DNA from: Tubiluchus corallicola
Lineage: Eukaryota; Animalia; Priapulida
Reading direction: 5' to 3'
DNA: 64,000 nucleotides
NCBI GenBank assembly: GCA_030141605.1
Contig: JAQGDQ010000688.1
Span: forward strand, 1-64,000
In this document: positions 13,348 through 28,174 of the stretch, in pieces
How positions within the stretch are numbered: the first letter of the stretch is position 1
Layout of the letters: each line of letters begins with the position of its first letter
Position numbers and translations under genes: made by a program
Notes under the pieces: generated by a model
Database searches by the model: none
The model's input: the letters and a program-made list of their open reading frames with translations, nothing else
Told to the model about the DNA's origin: nothing

Positions 13348-14699
13348 AGCGTCAAGATTTACTTCTCAGTAAATGCCAAGGCTTCCTAATGGCACAGTAG
13401 GTTTCATCTTTACTAAAACAAGAAATGATTAAGACAAAATGCATAAAAAATTACGGAGCTGTATAAAAAACAAGTGTACTACTAATGCGCGCATTAAACC
13501 TTTTCACTGTTTCGTTGTGCGCAAGTTCAGTTGCTGTAGGTCAAAGCTTAAACGTTCCACAGCACAGCAATGCATCTTAACTACAACCGTCGCGTGACAT
13601 GTGGGTAAAGTAAAGACGTCTGTCACATAAGTTCAATAATTTAAGTTGTTTTACATAGACTTTACTTAATTATAGATTAGTCTGTGCACAAAGTGATTAC
13701 TGGCAGGATCTTGCTTTGGAACAAGATAAAATGAAAAACGTAGGTAAAGTTCTTGCTAGCCGTTAAAACTGTTACTATGACGATGGTTTAAGCTGTGAAG
13801 CATTGTCAAATATACACAAATGCATTGCCTGGTACACTTAACCTTTTGACCTTTTCACGATCATCATCAATCGCTGGAACTGTGAAAAGGCTTATTGTAG
13901 AAAATCAAGATAGTAAGAAGCTAAAATAATAATAAATTAATATTATTTACACAGAATCTTAGACATTTGATGATTAGCAAGTGACTGAGGTTGCCAAGAA
14001 ACAAATCAGAGCTTAGGGATGAAAAAGAAGTCAAACAAAACCTCTTCTGTGAATGCTGAAATAATCCATCAATCCTACATGACCTTGGCACGACCTATGA
14101 GATCACAAAAAGAGAAATGGTATTATAATGCTGACTCAGATCAACAGTGAAGTGCATACTTACAGCCAAGTAATGGTATCTACCCTAGGCTATGAAAAAA
14201 GGGTTAAAAACATCGAACCTAAACCTGAATTTTGAAACCCAAGACAACAAACTTGAATTTCAACTCAATCACGTAGCGTCGTAAGATAGAAAATCTACAA
14301 TTTTGATCAAAGTTTTTCAGAATTTGCTAACACAGTTAAAAAATAGCAAAAAGAAGCAAAAAATTAAAGACTACGCCACCTATAAACCATAATAATCTGT
14401 AGTTTACTCTTGTTAATATAATTAACTTAACATGGCGTAATAAACATTAGAATTAGGTATAATTGTCTAAAAGTTATCTATTTTCACTAACTACTCCAAC
14501 AATAAGTGTACTCGAGTCCAGACTGCAAAACCTTAGTTTTTAACAACTTCGACTCCTTTACTTTCTACCACCTCTGATTCCAACTCCGCGACTCTGACTC
14601 CACAGCCATGATCATTATCAATTCTCTTTCTGTCAGTGTAACGACTGAAGCATTAACATCTACTCCACAGCCCTAATCATCAACATGAATTCTCTTTCT

Positions 14700-14990
14700 G
14701 TCAGGTGTAGAGGCATTATCATTTATTCCATTTATTAGAGCATTTCACCAACTTTTATTTACAGCAAACAGCGTGAGTTTTTCTACTGACAAAGCTAAAT
14801 TTGGTTGCAGTTGTAGAACGTCTTTATTTGTCTTATTTATCAGAGTTGCTTTTGGTTTAGTCAAAAAACTAACATATAGCTGAAACGACAATTTTCGCGG
14901 TGTTAATTTAAACAATACCAGAAATCTTCGAATTTAATTAAAACCGGTGCAAGAAAAGGCAAAGAGCTCTCTTTTTCAACAGCTTGTAGA
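14700..14990. promoter_or_regulatory. Probable bidirectional promoter shared by EME1 and MRPL27
   Basis: The two ATGs diverge 1.64 kb apart. EME1 has a 5'UTR intron (acceptor 13413-13414; candidate minus-strand donor near 14762), which would place its start site close to the MRPL27 ATG. The exact TSSs cannot be seen. Confidence 0.5.
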
Positions 14991-16804
14991 ATGGCGACAA
15001 ATTGTTTAACTTGTTACCAGAGTTTATTTCGAAATTTTGGTACTTTACATTGTTAATTATTAATATCTATAATAAAATTTTGTACAACGCGGTGAACAGA
15101 GTTTTGTACATATATTCATTTGTAGTAAAATTGCTCAAAACTGCTGTTACGGTCATTCTAAAGCAGAGCGTATTATAATAAAAAATATTGAGCTTTAACG
15201 TTTGTTTTCGACAGGCCTCTCATCAATTTTGCTTACTAACGTCAGAGGAGCAGCAAAGAAGACTGGTAGTTCGACGAGAAATCCGAAAGGCGGAAGACAC
15301 AAAATCCGGGGACTGAAAAAAGTTGTGGGAGAGCACGCATACAGGGGAAATGTGTTGTTCACACAATATGGAATGAAGGCTATGCCTGGAATGAATGTAA
15401 GCAATGAACTATGCAGTAGAGTTCTGCAACATTCAACTGTATGTCCAACTGCAAAACTAAAACCAGAAGATTGTCAAAAAGCAATAGAGTTCTTTTTTTA
15501 TATAATTTCCATATTAAAAGTTCCAGAAAAACCCGTGCCTGAATTGTTTTTAAGGCGTCTTTGAGAAGGGACCACAACCTAGTTCAGCAGTAGGTCCCTA
15601 TAACCTTGTGAGACAAATTGTGCAAAGTTTAGTCAGAACTGTTTTAAAAGTTTTCCGGTTATTAAGTATTTACATGCTAGCATGTTGTCATAAATAGACA
15701 TAGCCATAGAACATTTATTTTCTCCAATTTGTTTGACATAAAAAGTTTTTTAAATATTACATAATTATAATCATGGAGCAGGGCAGGGAAGGACCATAGG
15801 GTCATCTAGTCTCCTGCCCTGTCTTATAATTAGATTAGTATATTAAAAATAAATGTAAATGGTGAGGCTGCAGATAACAAAAACAAATATAAGAAAAAAT
15901 AACAATAAAAAACAGTATAAATGATACAAATTATCAAAAAAGAAGTGAAAACAAAAAATAATAAAGTTAGATGATACCTAAATCTAAACAATACAATTAA
16001 TCAGTAATTATGATTATTATATATAGTATTTTCAAATCGGGGTCTTATTAACAGGGGAATTTGACCAAGGTTAGTGAGTAAAGTTAAAAAAACTGACAGT
16101 ATGGAGAGATAAAATAAGTATCAAAAAAGTGTAATATAGAAAAATTTAAGAGAAAAAGTAAGTATGAGAAAGAGCAACAATTACTTAGGAATACTGCATT
16201 ATATTCATAATGATGGAAAAATTTTATTTCAAACAAAAAAGAAAATTACTGCTGCCATTAAAAATTTATATGCGTAAGGGTTTTATTTTTTAAAACTAAA
16301 TTTTGGAAGTTGTGAACATAACTATCTTGCAATCTGGTAATACATATTGTACGAAGCTCAATACAGTGTAAATGTAATTAAATAGTATGCCATTGTATCC
16401 CATTGAAGGATTTACAATTATATATCTGTAAGAGGAATATCTGTCTGTAATTGACACACCACAAGTATTTATATTGCAGTCATATATATATCTATACACG
16501 TTGTTGCCATTTGTATATAAAACTGCCTTGGTTGTTCTCAGACCTCAAATATGCTCCTGGACTTTATGAGACTTTAGAGGGGCATTTTTTCTTTTTGCAG
16601 GTTACCCTAAGCAGAAAGTGTGATCTGACTGCCGCGGAACACGGAACGCTCCTCATCACACGGGAAAAACTCCATTTGGATCCGGATAATCCAGTCGTGC
16701 AAACTTGGTTTGCTGAGCAATTGAATCATCCATTGTATAAGTTATTCATACATATCATACCAGACCCCATACCACCTAAGTTTAAACTAATTGATCAAGT
16801 ATAG
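14991..16804 (+). CDS. MRPL27: Mitochondrial ribosomal protein bL27m (MRPL27), 3 exons
   Basis: Exons 14991-15039 (MATNCLTCYQSLFRNF, phase 1), 15215-15396 (GLSSILLTNVRGAAKKTGSSTRN...GNVLFTQ...PGMN) and 16601-16804 (VTLSRKCDLTAAEHG...LYKLFIHIIPDPIPPKFKLIDQV*). Has the bL27 KKxGSSTRN, GN and PGxNV motifs and the metazoan C-terminal LYKxFxHxxP..FKL motif. AATAAA at 16967. Confidence 0.9.
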
Positions 16805-17799
16805 CATGTGTGTGGTTTATATAGTTAATTGTGAAGGTAACAGTGTTTAAATGGTTGTAACAGTGATGCGATTTAAAATAGATCCTTAAAGAAAGACTGG
16901 GCGATTGCTGAGACTCAGTTTCATTTTAATTTACTGTCTATAATATACATGTAGTGTAAAAGTTTTAATAAAGATATGTTGTTTGAACTATAAACGTTTA
17001 TTTACACTTCTGTTCTGATTACTAAGAAAGCAATGCAGTTGAAAATAGACATTTAAAATGGGCATTAATAGGCTTGTTTTATATACAATTTTAATAGATA
17101 TTAGAAAGCAACGCAGTTGAGTTATCTTACAATCAATGTTTCTAGTAACTTAAAGGAAGACCGGACGATTGCTTGGACTCAATCTCATTTTAATTTACTG
17201 TCCGAAATGTGCATGTTCTTGCCTATAAAAATTAACAATTGTTCCTTATGTTTGAGTAATTACAAAGTTAATTAACGTCAACCGAACACAGCTATTGCTT
17301 ACGTCAGAAACTAACCATAGTTTGTGCAATGGGAGGCGTCTTCGCTTGCGCGTCAAGCACATTTTCATAGGTGTTACAGTACTGCGTAACTGCATGATGT
17401 CACCAAAAATGGGCTTTACATCATATGACATTAGAAACTAACACTGCAGTTCATGATCATCGTTATCACGGTACCGCCTTCTATTTGTCAGCCACGCGCA
17501 TGTGCCAAAAAGGCGCCGCTGCCAATCTTAGTAGATTCACAGTGTTATAGAAACAAATGGCAGCGTTAAAAAGGCGTGCGAAATTTTTGTGTAAATGTGT
17601 GATAGGCTTGCAGCTACAAGGCTACAGGCGTGATCATACAAGTATTCTACCGCTAACTCAAAGAGTGTACCGCACAGACACTTTCAAAGCAAAAACAAAC
17701 TGCTTTACAACAGTAATAAACTACTAGTTATCATCTTCACAAATCCTGTAAGCAGCATTTTCTGGAAAAGTAAATTTCGTTTTGCTTTTCCACTGTTGT

Positions 17800-20700
17800 G
17801 ACAGAATCAATACAGGAAACAGGTTTGCAAACCTTTTATCTGGTCATATTTCTTACATTTTTAATCAAATTATAATGTGAGGAATAATTTCTGATAGTTG
17901 TAAAACTGCCAATGTAGCATCTGCGCATAGAAAAGGGGCTATAGAAGACCCAACAAATTACTGACCCATTTCTGTTGTCCATGGCATATCCGAAGTGGTT
18001 TTGGAAAAAATTGCTATACAATCAAATCTGCATGTATTTGGATACCAACAAACAACAATTTGGATACAGGAAAAACCATAATACCATAGTTGCCGTAAAT
18101 GTATATTAAGAAGTCTAATTTATTTATAGGAAATAGTTAATCGCTTACATGTATTTACAAAAGATTTATTAGTTCACATGTTTAGCTGTGTATTTCATAT
18201 ATTATTGCAGCCATAGAACTTAACTACAGTCTAAGGTTCAGTTAATGTTATTGTAGTCTATTGAACATAATCTCTAATATACAAGGTATGTAGGTTCCCA
18301 GTCAAGAATCTGATGTCGTAGTGATATCACAGTGACCTCACGCTTGAGCTCATAATGAGACCAAAATCATGAAATCGTACTGAGCTAAATTTGTAACCGT
18401 CTTTTTAGATCACACTGACCTCATGCCATGACATCATGCTGAGCTCAAGTCATGAATAAATAATTAGTTCAACGAATTTGATTAAAACATTAATTACAAT
18501 TAATAACAAAATCTGAGTAGTGCACTGAATGCTTTCTTTTTTGTCCATACGATAATATAGGTAGGTATAATTTTATTTAATTTTTTCAGAAACGTATTCG
18601 GGAAAATTTAATACGTTTTTTAGCAAAACTAATTTAAAGCAACATCTTGGTCACTAAAACGCAAGCTCACTATGACGTCATGACTGTGATCGATGCTTCC
18701 ATGAGGTCATGCATATGAGCAGATTATGAGCTCAGTCTGACATCACATTTATGACCATTTTATGAGCTCACGTTTATGAGCTCACTATGACATCATGATT
18801 ATGATGTTTCCACGAGGTCATGCATATGAACAGATTATGAGCTCAGTCTAACATCGCGATCTTGACTGCATAATGACCTCATGCTTACGAGCCCAATATG
18901 ACATTATTATATTCTCATTTTCATGATTTCATGCTTTTGAGCCAAATATGAGCATTTCATGTCTTGACTGGATTCACCGTTTTATTAAATGCGTTATTTA
19001 GTTATCCCAATAGATGTTTTAAATCAATTTGCTGTTTTACTACCCTTGCCCTTGTACTTTGTTAGGATTTATCCTTTATTAACCTTGATGTTTAAATGTA
19101 GTAATAATGTTTAATTGAAAATAATGGTTTCAAAGAGACGTTTACAAATTTGTCACTTTTACGTTGGTTTTAAAGAGACTTTTACAAATTTGTATCTTTT
19201 ACTAATACAAAAGAGTTAATACGGCCTTCTCTTCACATGGTCATCCAACCACCGCAAATTCACTAATCTTTAAAATAAGGGCACCGTGTAAAGGACCCCA
19301 TGGTCGTACGTGGCTCTTGCGTTTGGCTTCTTTTTATTAGTTTTTCTATGTAATTACTGTATTCAACCATGTATGCGAAACAAGTGATCTATGTCTTATA
19401 TCTGTATCATCTGTCACAGAAAACTGGAGATACTCAACAATAATGAATATGTTTGTTCTGCTAGACTTGAGTATAGGACCTAAAACATTCGACAGCTTAT
19501 ATCATCCATTACTTCTCCATAAATTATATATATATATATATATATAATAATCTTTATTTGCCATTAAAAACATTGATGATCACTGATAAAAACTTTACAG
19601 AGATAATCAATCAGTGTTAGTTAATAAAAACTTACACTGCTGAAGGCAAATGCGTCAGTGCAATCTAAACTACTGTGCAGTAATGACGAATAAATCAAAC
19701 ATATTTACAACCATACACAACAAAAAATAAAAAAAAACTATGATTTAATTAATATGGCCTATATAAAATACTTAATAGTATTTTATTAATACTATAAGAA
19801 ATCCAATTACGAGCTATTGGATTTCTCAAAGAAGCTTACGCAATTGACGATTACTTAATTAACAGGATGCAAAGGATTAAACTTCAAAATAATATTTATT
19901 GATATCGGGGATTAATAAAAAGAAACGTACCACAAGGCAAAATTCTCGGCCCACTTTTATTTTGCCTCTATTTTAACGATATCCCTGAAAATATAGTAAA
20001 GTTTCAAGGCAATGTAACACAATTTGCAGATGAGACACATGTGTCCACACAAATAATACTGATTCTAGCAAAGCAATTACTAACTTAGAAGAAACAGTTG
20101 GAGAATCAAAAAATGCTTTGAATTATCGTTACCTACAACTAAATACAGAAAAGACTGTCTTCATATTACTTACTCATAAATTCAGAGAATTCGACTTATC
20201 AATAATAAATAAAAGCACTATCTTTAACTCTTTTAATGACTCCATGGAACAATCAGCCACTAACTTCTTAGGTATTGAAATTGACAATAAACAAAATTGG
20301 AAATAGGAAACTAACAAAATCGTGCAAAAAAATGGGCAATAGTATTTTCTTTTTTAAACATATAAAAGGGCAATTAAGCATCACTACAAAATTGCTCATT
20401 TACAAAACCATGGTACTGCCACATCTGACTCATGTATGGCTCTGTATTTCTGACAAATCTATCAAAAACATCATTAGACAGAATCAACTCAATGCACAAT
20501 TATGCCATAAGGTGCATTCTCGATTCCTCAAGTAAAATATACTAGCCAAATTATTCTTCCACTTGTAACAGAAGAAAACTGATCTCTGTCGCAATATAAT
20601 CAAACTCGTATTATTGTACAAATACTTGAATAACATTTCTGAAGCATTTGTAAGTAACAATATTGCTTTTATTTCTTGCAAGCAATTAAACAATCGAGCA

Positions 20701-20860
20701 ATGGATTTCAAACAAATACAGACAGGTAATAAATTTGGACATCAACCACTGAATAAATTGACTTACAAATCTGTGGAATTCCCTACCAACTAACCTTAAA
20801 AAAAACCCAAATTGTCAGCTCTTTTAAAAGTAAACTAAAATATGCTCTACTTAAAAATTA
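17800..20860 (+). mobile_element. Decayed CR1/L2-group LINE reverse transcriptase, interrupted by younger insertions
   Basis: Broken motifs in order: KG..EDPTNY*PIS (about 17930-17975), LEKI, a KxFDSL.HPLLL.KL-like segment (about 19480-19530), VPQGKILGPLLFCLYFNDIP (about 19925-19990), FADET, LQLNTEKT and FLGIEIDNK. Many stops and frameshifts. Confidence 0.8.
18297..18972. mobile_element. Non-autonomous DNA transposon, EnSpm/CACTA-like, nested in the LINE
   Basis: Termini CCCAGTCAAGA ... TCTTGACTGG, with many subterminal TGAGCTCA/CATGA repeats. Confidence 0.55.
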
Positions 20861-21326
20861 TAATTGCCCAAGCTATAAAAGTGATAAAATTATAAATAAT
20901 AGTGAATAATGAAAACCGAAAGTGCAACGAACTGAAACTCTTTGCATAATTAGCTTTTAACTTTGCATAAATACTTTTTAATACAAAACTATTCTGTGTT
21001 TTTATGTAAAATGAATTTCTCAATGCCTATCTGTTGTGTATTTTGTACATTTTGTAAATTTCTTTGCTATTTGTAATCACGTATATTTTAATTTAATTTT
21101 CAGTGTTTTTGCATTGTGTATTAAATTGTGTGCATTTTGTAATTTTTCCATTTCATTCGTATAATTATAAATTTAATTTAGTTTTAAGTGTATGACACTA
21201 TAGATACTATTGCTTTTAACAGTTCTTTCTAAACTAGCTTATACAAGTCTCAATGTAAATATGATTTTAATTTTTATATTTACATTGTATGTAACATTTT
21301 AGACATTTTAGCAATAACGAATGCTA

Positions 21327-22340
<1,014 letters not shown>

Positions 22341-23894
22341 GAACTTTTTGATGCACTTGATCAAAATGCCGCCCTCTAAAAAGTGTCGCCCGGGGTGGAT
22401 CGCCCTTCTTAGTTACGCCTATACAATATAAGATAGTGAAGAATCACTTAATTTGGACACTTGTCTTCATTCAGTTACTTCCCGAAGACGACAACAGCTA
22501 TAAAGCCTGCCATACGTCCTGTCAACTGCTTGTGGCGTGTTAACGTGAACGCACGTACACAGTTACATAGAAAAATTAACACCGGCTTAACCACAAAAAA
22601 TTAACTTGATAAACTCCACTTTGTTACCTGTCATTGTTTTTATCAGTTCTTCTGTGAGTAGTTCCCGCTGACGGCAAGTTAACTCACAAGCGTTTTCAGA
22701 CTAAAGAGTGTCAACTCGCAGAACTGTCATTTAAATTCAATTCAGTTTTATTTGTGCAAACACATACAATGTACATTGGCAAAGCAATACATGTTAAATA
22801 CTACGTAAACCGAAAATAATCGCAATAGGCTGCGTGTAAAGTTATTTTCATAAATAAATATTAAGATGTGGTATACTGATAATAAAATCAAAGTTACATA
22901 AAAATTGTATAATTTAGCAAAGGAAAAAGAAAAATGACTTAGAAGTAGTAGGTATCTGTAGCAGCTTTTTAAATGAAAGATTATAAAAATAAGAAAATGA
23001 GAGTTGAAAATAATTTGATTAGAGTCTGCTGCCAAAGCGCTGATTTCTGGGAATCGGCGTTGTTGCCAAAAGTTTCTTGCATTTATGTCATAGATGTACA
23101 GATTGTAACTAGAAACCTACAAAAAACAAAGAAACAGTATTAAAAAGCTGCCTACAGAAAAGAAAGAGTATTAAAACCAATTAACAACAACACATTATGC
23201 AATGCAAAATTATAGCTAGATATTAAAATGTCTCAACTCTTGAGTAGTTGAGTTAACATTAAAAGGATTCAACAATGTTAAATGGTAAAGGTTCAAAGAT
23301 GTTCACACGTGCGAGTTTGCTGTCAGAGAGAAAACTCGCGACAGAAAACTCGCTAGTTTGAACGCGCCATTAGGCTTTCTAAATGACATTCACTTGATTT
23401 GATAGATGCTGTGACGAGAAGCCTCTGAACAGATTTATATACTGTATTAACGGAGTAAGTTACGTCATGAACAACTTGACAAAACGAAAAACACAAATCG
23501 TCCATTTATTTCATAAACAATCGACTATGTAATTTCCTGACGATAACAGCTAGCGACCTAATCTAGTGTGCAAAGGAAAAATTGAATTTTTCTAATAAAA
23601 ATTTAATGAAATCTACTACAGCGAGTTGTTTACGAAACGGATATTTTTCTTGTTATAAAGAATTCAAAAACTTTAAACGAAATTTGTATTTTCATCAACT
23701 GGTTTGGTTAGAATCAAAAATTGAAAATCTATACAGTTACACAGGCTTTTAGAACCCAAACTGGTTTATTTTCCTTCCATGCATAAATTCAGACCTGTGA
23801 AAGGGGTGTGAAGAAACGATTATTCCTCTCTGTACGGAAGAAACTGGAAAGAAAATTCAAAAATTAATAAAACCATGAGAAAAAGCATTTTTAA

Positions 23895-24496
23895 CCCTTA
23901 TAGGGTCACGATTTTTTACAACCGATTTTGGTCCCCCACCATAATTCGTTAATTACTTTTGATAAACTGTCGTGTTTCATTAGTAAACAACAACAGCATA
24001 ATTTGTGGTTATGCTGACCACCATAGGATACATTATACCTCTGCTTAAAGACATGTGTCTTACCAGTAATACGAAATTTAAATTCACTTAGCTACGGTCC
24101 CTTATCTATGCTGGAATAACTGTAGACAACCGACATTGCTAGCGCGTGAAGATGTTGAGTGGTTGAGTTTATGATCTGATTGTCTTTGTAGTCGTGAGTA
24201 GACTAGTTCTACATCAGCATACAGACGTCTGACATTTTGTTTTATCAGATACATCGCCCGTAGAATGTATAGACAAGTAAAATTTCGACAATTTAAAAAA
24301 ATCGACATATTGCATTTTCACTTTTAATTCGTGGTGAGACAATGCGCCTAAAATAAATAACTGAAAGTATTTTGTGCACAAAACATGTTTAGAAAAAGTC
24401 ATTGAAAAGGTTTACTGGGATGCGTATAGTAAAACGGTAAAATGCAAAAAAACCGGTCCGGGGGTAATTTTTACCCCCCCGGTGACCCTATAAGGG
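23895..24496. mobile_element. piggyBac-like MITE
   Basis: TTAA|CCCTTATAGGGTCAC ... GTGACCCTATAAGGG|TTAA. Confidence 0.85.
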
Positions 24497-25225
24497 TTAA
24501 ATTGGCTGAAGCTAATTTGTCGCACAGCGTATTGAACTGTTTCGTCTATAAACTACCGTAAATAAAAACTTCAGACAACTTCAATATGTAGCTTAAATTT
24601 TAACGTTTAATATCTGATTTCTGTCTGAAGAATATTTTACTGATTTCAGTTTCATTGCTAAACATCACGTATTAACTGCCCTCCTGCTTGCTTAGTTTAA
24701 TTTAATTTTGTAATTTCGGGCAGGTGGCGCTGTGGCGTAGGTTTATACTGTGGCACGGTAGTATTTAATCGTGATAGAATTAATAATGCCAAAATCGTCA
24801 ACGCTTCCCCTTTAAATGCGAAGTAGAAGCATTTACCAAATTAAACTTATACAAGTACATACGTGCATGCATACAATCTTCTAATCCTGATTTTATACAT
24901 AGTATTTTTCTCTAAAATTGCAATAGCTATGCTTCAAGTGTACACAAGGTATATCATTATAAGGTAACAATGGCAAAATGTCGCTTATTTTCACACCCAT
25001 CCCCTGCATTGTAATTCTGTAACTCCAAGACATTGCATGCTGGCATCTACAAGTACGCTGGGATGTAGTATTTCCATTGGTCTAGTAGTTGCTTTTTACC
25101 AGGTCAGCACCAGTTCCAAAAGACGCAATAAGAGCAAACTGGTAGTATATAAGAAAATTTTTGCACGTCTATGTAACGATTTTTGGTATGATCGCGTAAA
25201 CAATATTTGAAACCATAACGAAGAC

Positions 25226-25777
25226 ATTGTTGTTGTCTCGGAAGACAATGGAATGTGCGCCAAGAAAGTCAGTTATTGATCACATTGATGGAGCTGCAGC
25301 GTTGACTGTGTCTGAGCAGTAACTTGTAACTGCTGCCTCTCATGTTGTTTCTGTCACTGGAGTGGCCTCTCCAGGGCGCACGCTTGGGCAAGGTGTATGG
25401 AGATCCTGAGTTGTCCAGACAACAGGAATCCCCTCTCTTCCTCCCTGGTGTAATCCGAAGGATAGCACCAGGTTGGCTGCAGGAGCTGCCGGAGTCAGTG
25501 AGCATGCTGCACTAGTTCGCCTTCGAGGCTCCACTCTTGATTTGGTGATTTGGAAGGTTTACTCCTCTACACATGGCCGTTGAATCACTTGACCTCTTCC
25601 GCCCTCTAGCCGTTGGCTGCTTGTGCAGCTTCTTCGCCTAGTGTCGAGATACAGTGTGGGCATCCCACAAGCCTACATTACATGGTATTCCTAGGCGGTC
25701 ACCCATCCAAGTACTAACCAGGCTCCACGTTACTTAACTTCGGTGATCAGACGAGAACCGGTGATTTCAACGTGATT
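25226..25777 (-). mobile_element. 5S rRNA-headed, RTE-bodied SINE (SINE3-like), copy A
   Basis: About 25669-25777 is the reverse complement of 5S rRNA (about 12 nt missing at the 5' end). The body aligns with copies B and C and ends in a (CAA)n tail. Confidence 0.85.
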
Positions 25778-26544
25778 CTACGAAATAACGTACAATATTT
25801 GTACAGTAACTAGAGAGCACGGAGTATGGGGCCTCTGTACAATAAGCGTATGTTACATTGTGTTGAACTTCGCATTTCTTATATTATAATAATTAGTATG
25901 ATATTATGTAGTGTTTATTGACGTTTGGCCATTGCAAAAAATACAGTAATTTATATTTGGTACTGAAAAACGCCAGCAATGTAAACATCCACTGACGAGG
26001 ATGGCCTAAACCCACAACTAGACAAATCCGTCCCGGGACAATGCCTAGTGTTGATTTCTCAATGGGAACGGTAGTTCGTAACTCATTTCTTCAAAAACTG
26101 CATCGGTGTTTGATTGCTGACAATAAAAAGCAGGAAAATTAAAAAAAACAGATGCAATAGGAACTATTACGATGACTAAAACAAAAAAATACGTTTACAG
26201 TTTAATCTGCTTGTAATGAGTTTTAAGCATGGCGTGGCTATTATTTCTTGTACAATCCCGTAACATTAGCAAAAATCACTTTAAAAGCGCTCATCCAAAG
26301 CAGAACTGCTCAAATACACGAGACAAGCAACGTCCTGTATACGTCCTTGACTCCTTCTAGGAACAAAAGTCAATATTATTGGAGTGATCAGGTGTCACGC
26401 GTGGCCACGTTTTGCCAGAAGCTGATAAAAGGATGAAGAATCACTATTTAAACAAAAAATGAAATCTAGGAGCCTGGTTTTCGTGAAACTGTCTTTGTCT
26501 GTGTGAAAAACTACAACATCATGAAAGGCAAGTGATTTTTAGCA

Positions 26545-26663
26545 ATGACGATTATAATGATGACGAGTACGACGACGACGACGACGATGATGATGGTGAG
26601 GATTACGATGATGATGATGATGGTGAGGATTATGAAGAAGAAGAAGAAGAAGAAGAAGAAGAA

Positions 26664-26708
<45 letters not shown>

Positions 26709-26840
26709 AATGGTGATGGTGATGAGGAAAACGATGGCGATGATGATGATGGTGATGAAGATTACGATGATGATGATGACGACGGCGACGATTACTATGA
26801 TGATGGTGGTGACGATGGTGGCGGTGGTGGTGGTGATAAA
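26545..26840. repeat. Compound (GAT/GAC/GAA/GGT)n microsatellite
   Basis: Directly visible. Confidence 0.9.
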
Positions 26841-27953
26841 TAATGCTAGTAAATATAACAATATAACAAAGACGGTGGTGAAAAAATCAGGGTCGATTTA
26901 TGCCAAGTTTGACCAAATTCTTGAAATTGCAACTTTTGCATCAGTTTTTGCCTATTCACTACTTACTTTTTACGAATACACTGTACGTCTGAACGCGCTT
27001 TTACTGCTATAAACTGACATTTTTCTGGTTTTTCCGAAAGCAGAGTGATATTTTTCTGAAAGACATCTGCAAAATGTTTCTTGGAAGTCCGGTTTTTAGA
27101 ACGCACGTGCGTTTTGGCTCAAGTATAATAGTTGCTTTTTGTAACGTTTAAAGATGTGTGTCGAGTTTAGTTTGAAATGACACAACACAGACTTTTCCGT
27201 GTTTTTCGCTCGTGTTCCAGGAGAACATATTTTTCATTATTTTTCATTATTTCATTTTCGTAGGCATCCAGTTTTCCACTTTAATTATTGTTAACTCGGA
27301 AATGCAAAATGTTTGACGTGTGCTTGCATATTTGTCCATAGTCGTCCATAAATTTTTCTAGTTATTCATGTATCGTGAATTTCCATTTTATGAGGATCAT
27401 TTTGATACCAAGCTCATCACTCTATGTTATTTCTAAGCCGAGATAATCCATGTTGAAGTTGAGGTGCAGGCTGAATAACAATCTTGAGAAAGTCATTGTT
27501 AACGTCAGCCATTGTTTTTTGTCGCGTTTCTACAAAATACTAGCAACCGCACAAATGTTCGTTGCTATGGACTTTGCAAGAGCGCATTGAAGTTATGTTT
27601 AAATCTAGTAGATAACTCTTCCTGACGAAAATTTGGGCTTAGCAACAGAAAAAAACCGAAGCAAACTGACCGGAGTTTGAAAATACAAGTTTTTTTACCA
27701 TTGCAGTACCAGTTTCCAGTCAGAAAAGTGGGCACGGGGTTATAAAATTATATTTTTAGTATTTTTTGAAAATTTTATTGATAATTTGATGCTAGAATAT
27801 AAAAGTCCAATATATTTAACGTTTGTTTTTATAAGAAACAGAAAATTGACATTAGATCAAATTTTTGATGCATTCTACTTTGAAGCATCACAACTTAGTT
27901 TTGACTATGCCGACTTATGGACGGTTTTGGTTTGCAAGCACGCAGATGATGAC

Positions 27954-27986
<33 letters not shown>

Positions 27987-28174
27987 GACAAATCTTTTAT
28001 TACGCCACTATTTGCAGGCTCAAAGCAACAGTACAAAAATGAAACCAGATATCAGTGACATTAATTAATAATAATAATAATAATACATTAATAAATTACA
28101 TAAAGATAAAAGCAACTGTACAAATTATATACAAAATGTTTAGGTTTTGTAAAATTTTACCAAACTGTTGTAAT

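Noticed and set aside
24995-25138. Exon-like minus-strand segment (GNTTSQRTCRC, TNFR-like), with a candidate acceptor near 23117
   Set aside because: Stops in all three frames and no consistent multi-exon ORF could be assembled.
25992-26020. Hammerhead core CTGACGAG
   Set aside because: No GAAA after a stem II and no stem I pairing.
26511-27012. Asp/Glu-rich ORF resembling an acidic biomineral protein
   Set aside because: Microsatellite open in several frames, starting at GTG, with no signal peptide and no convincing splice sites.
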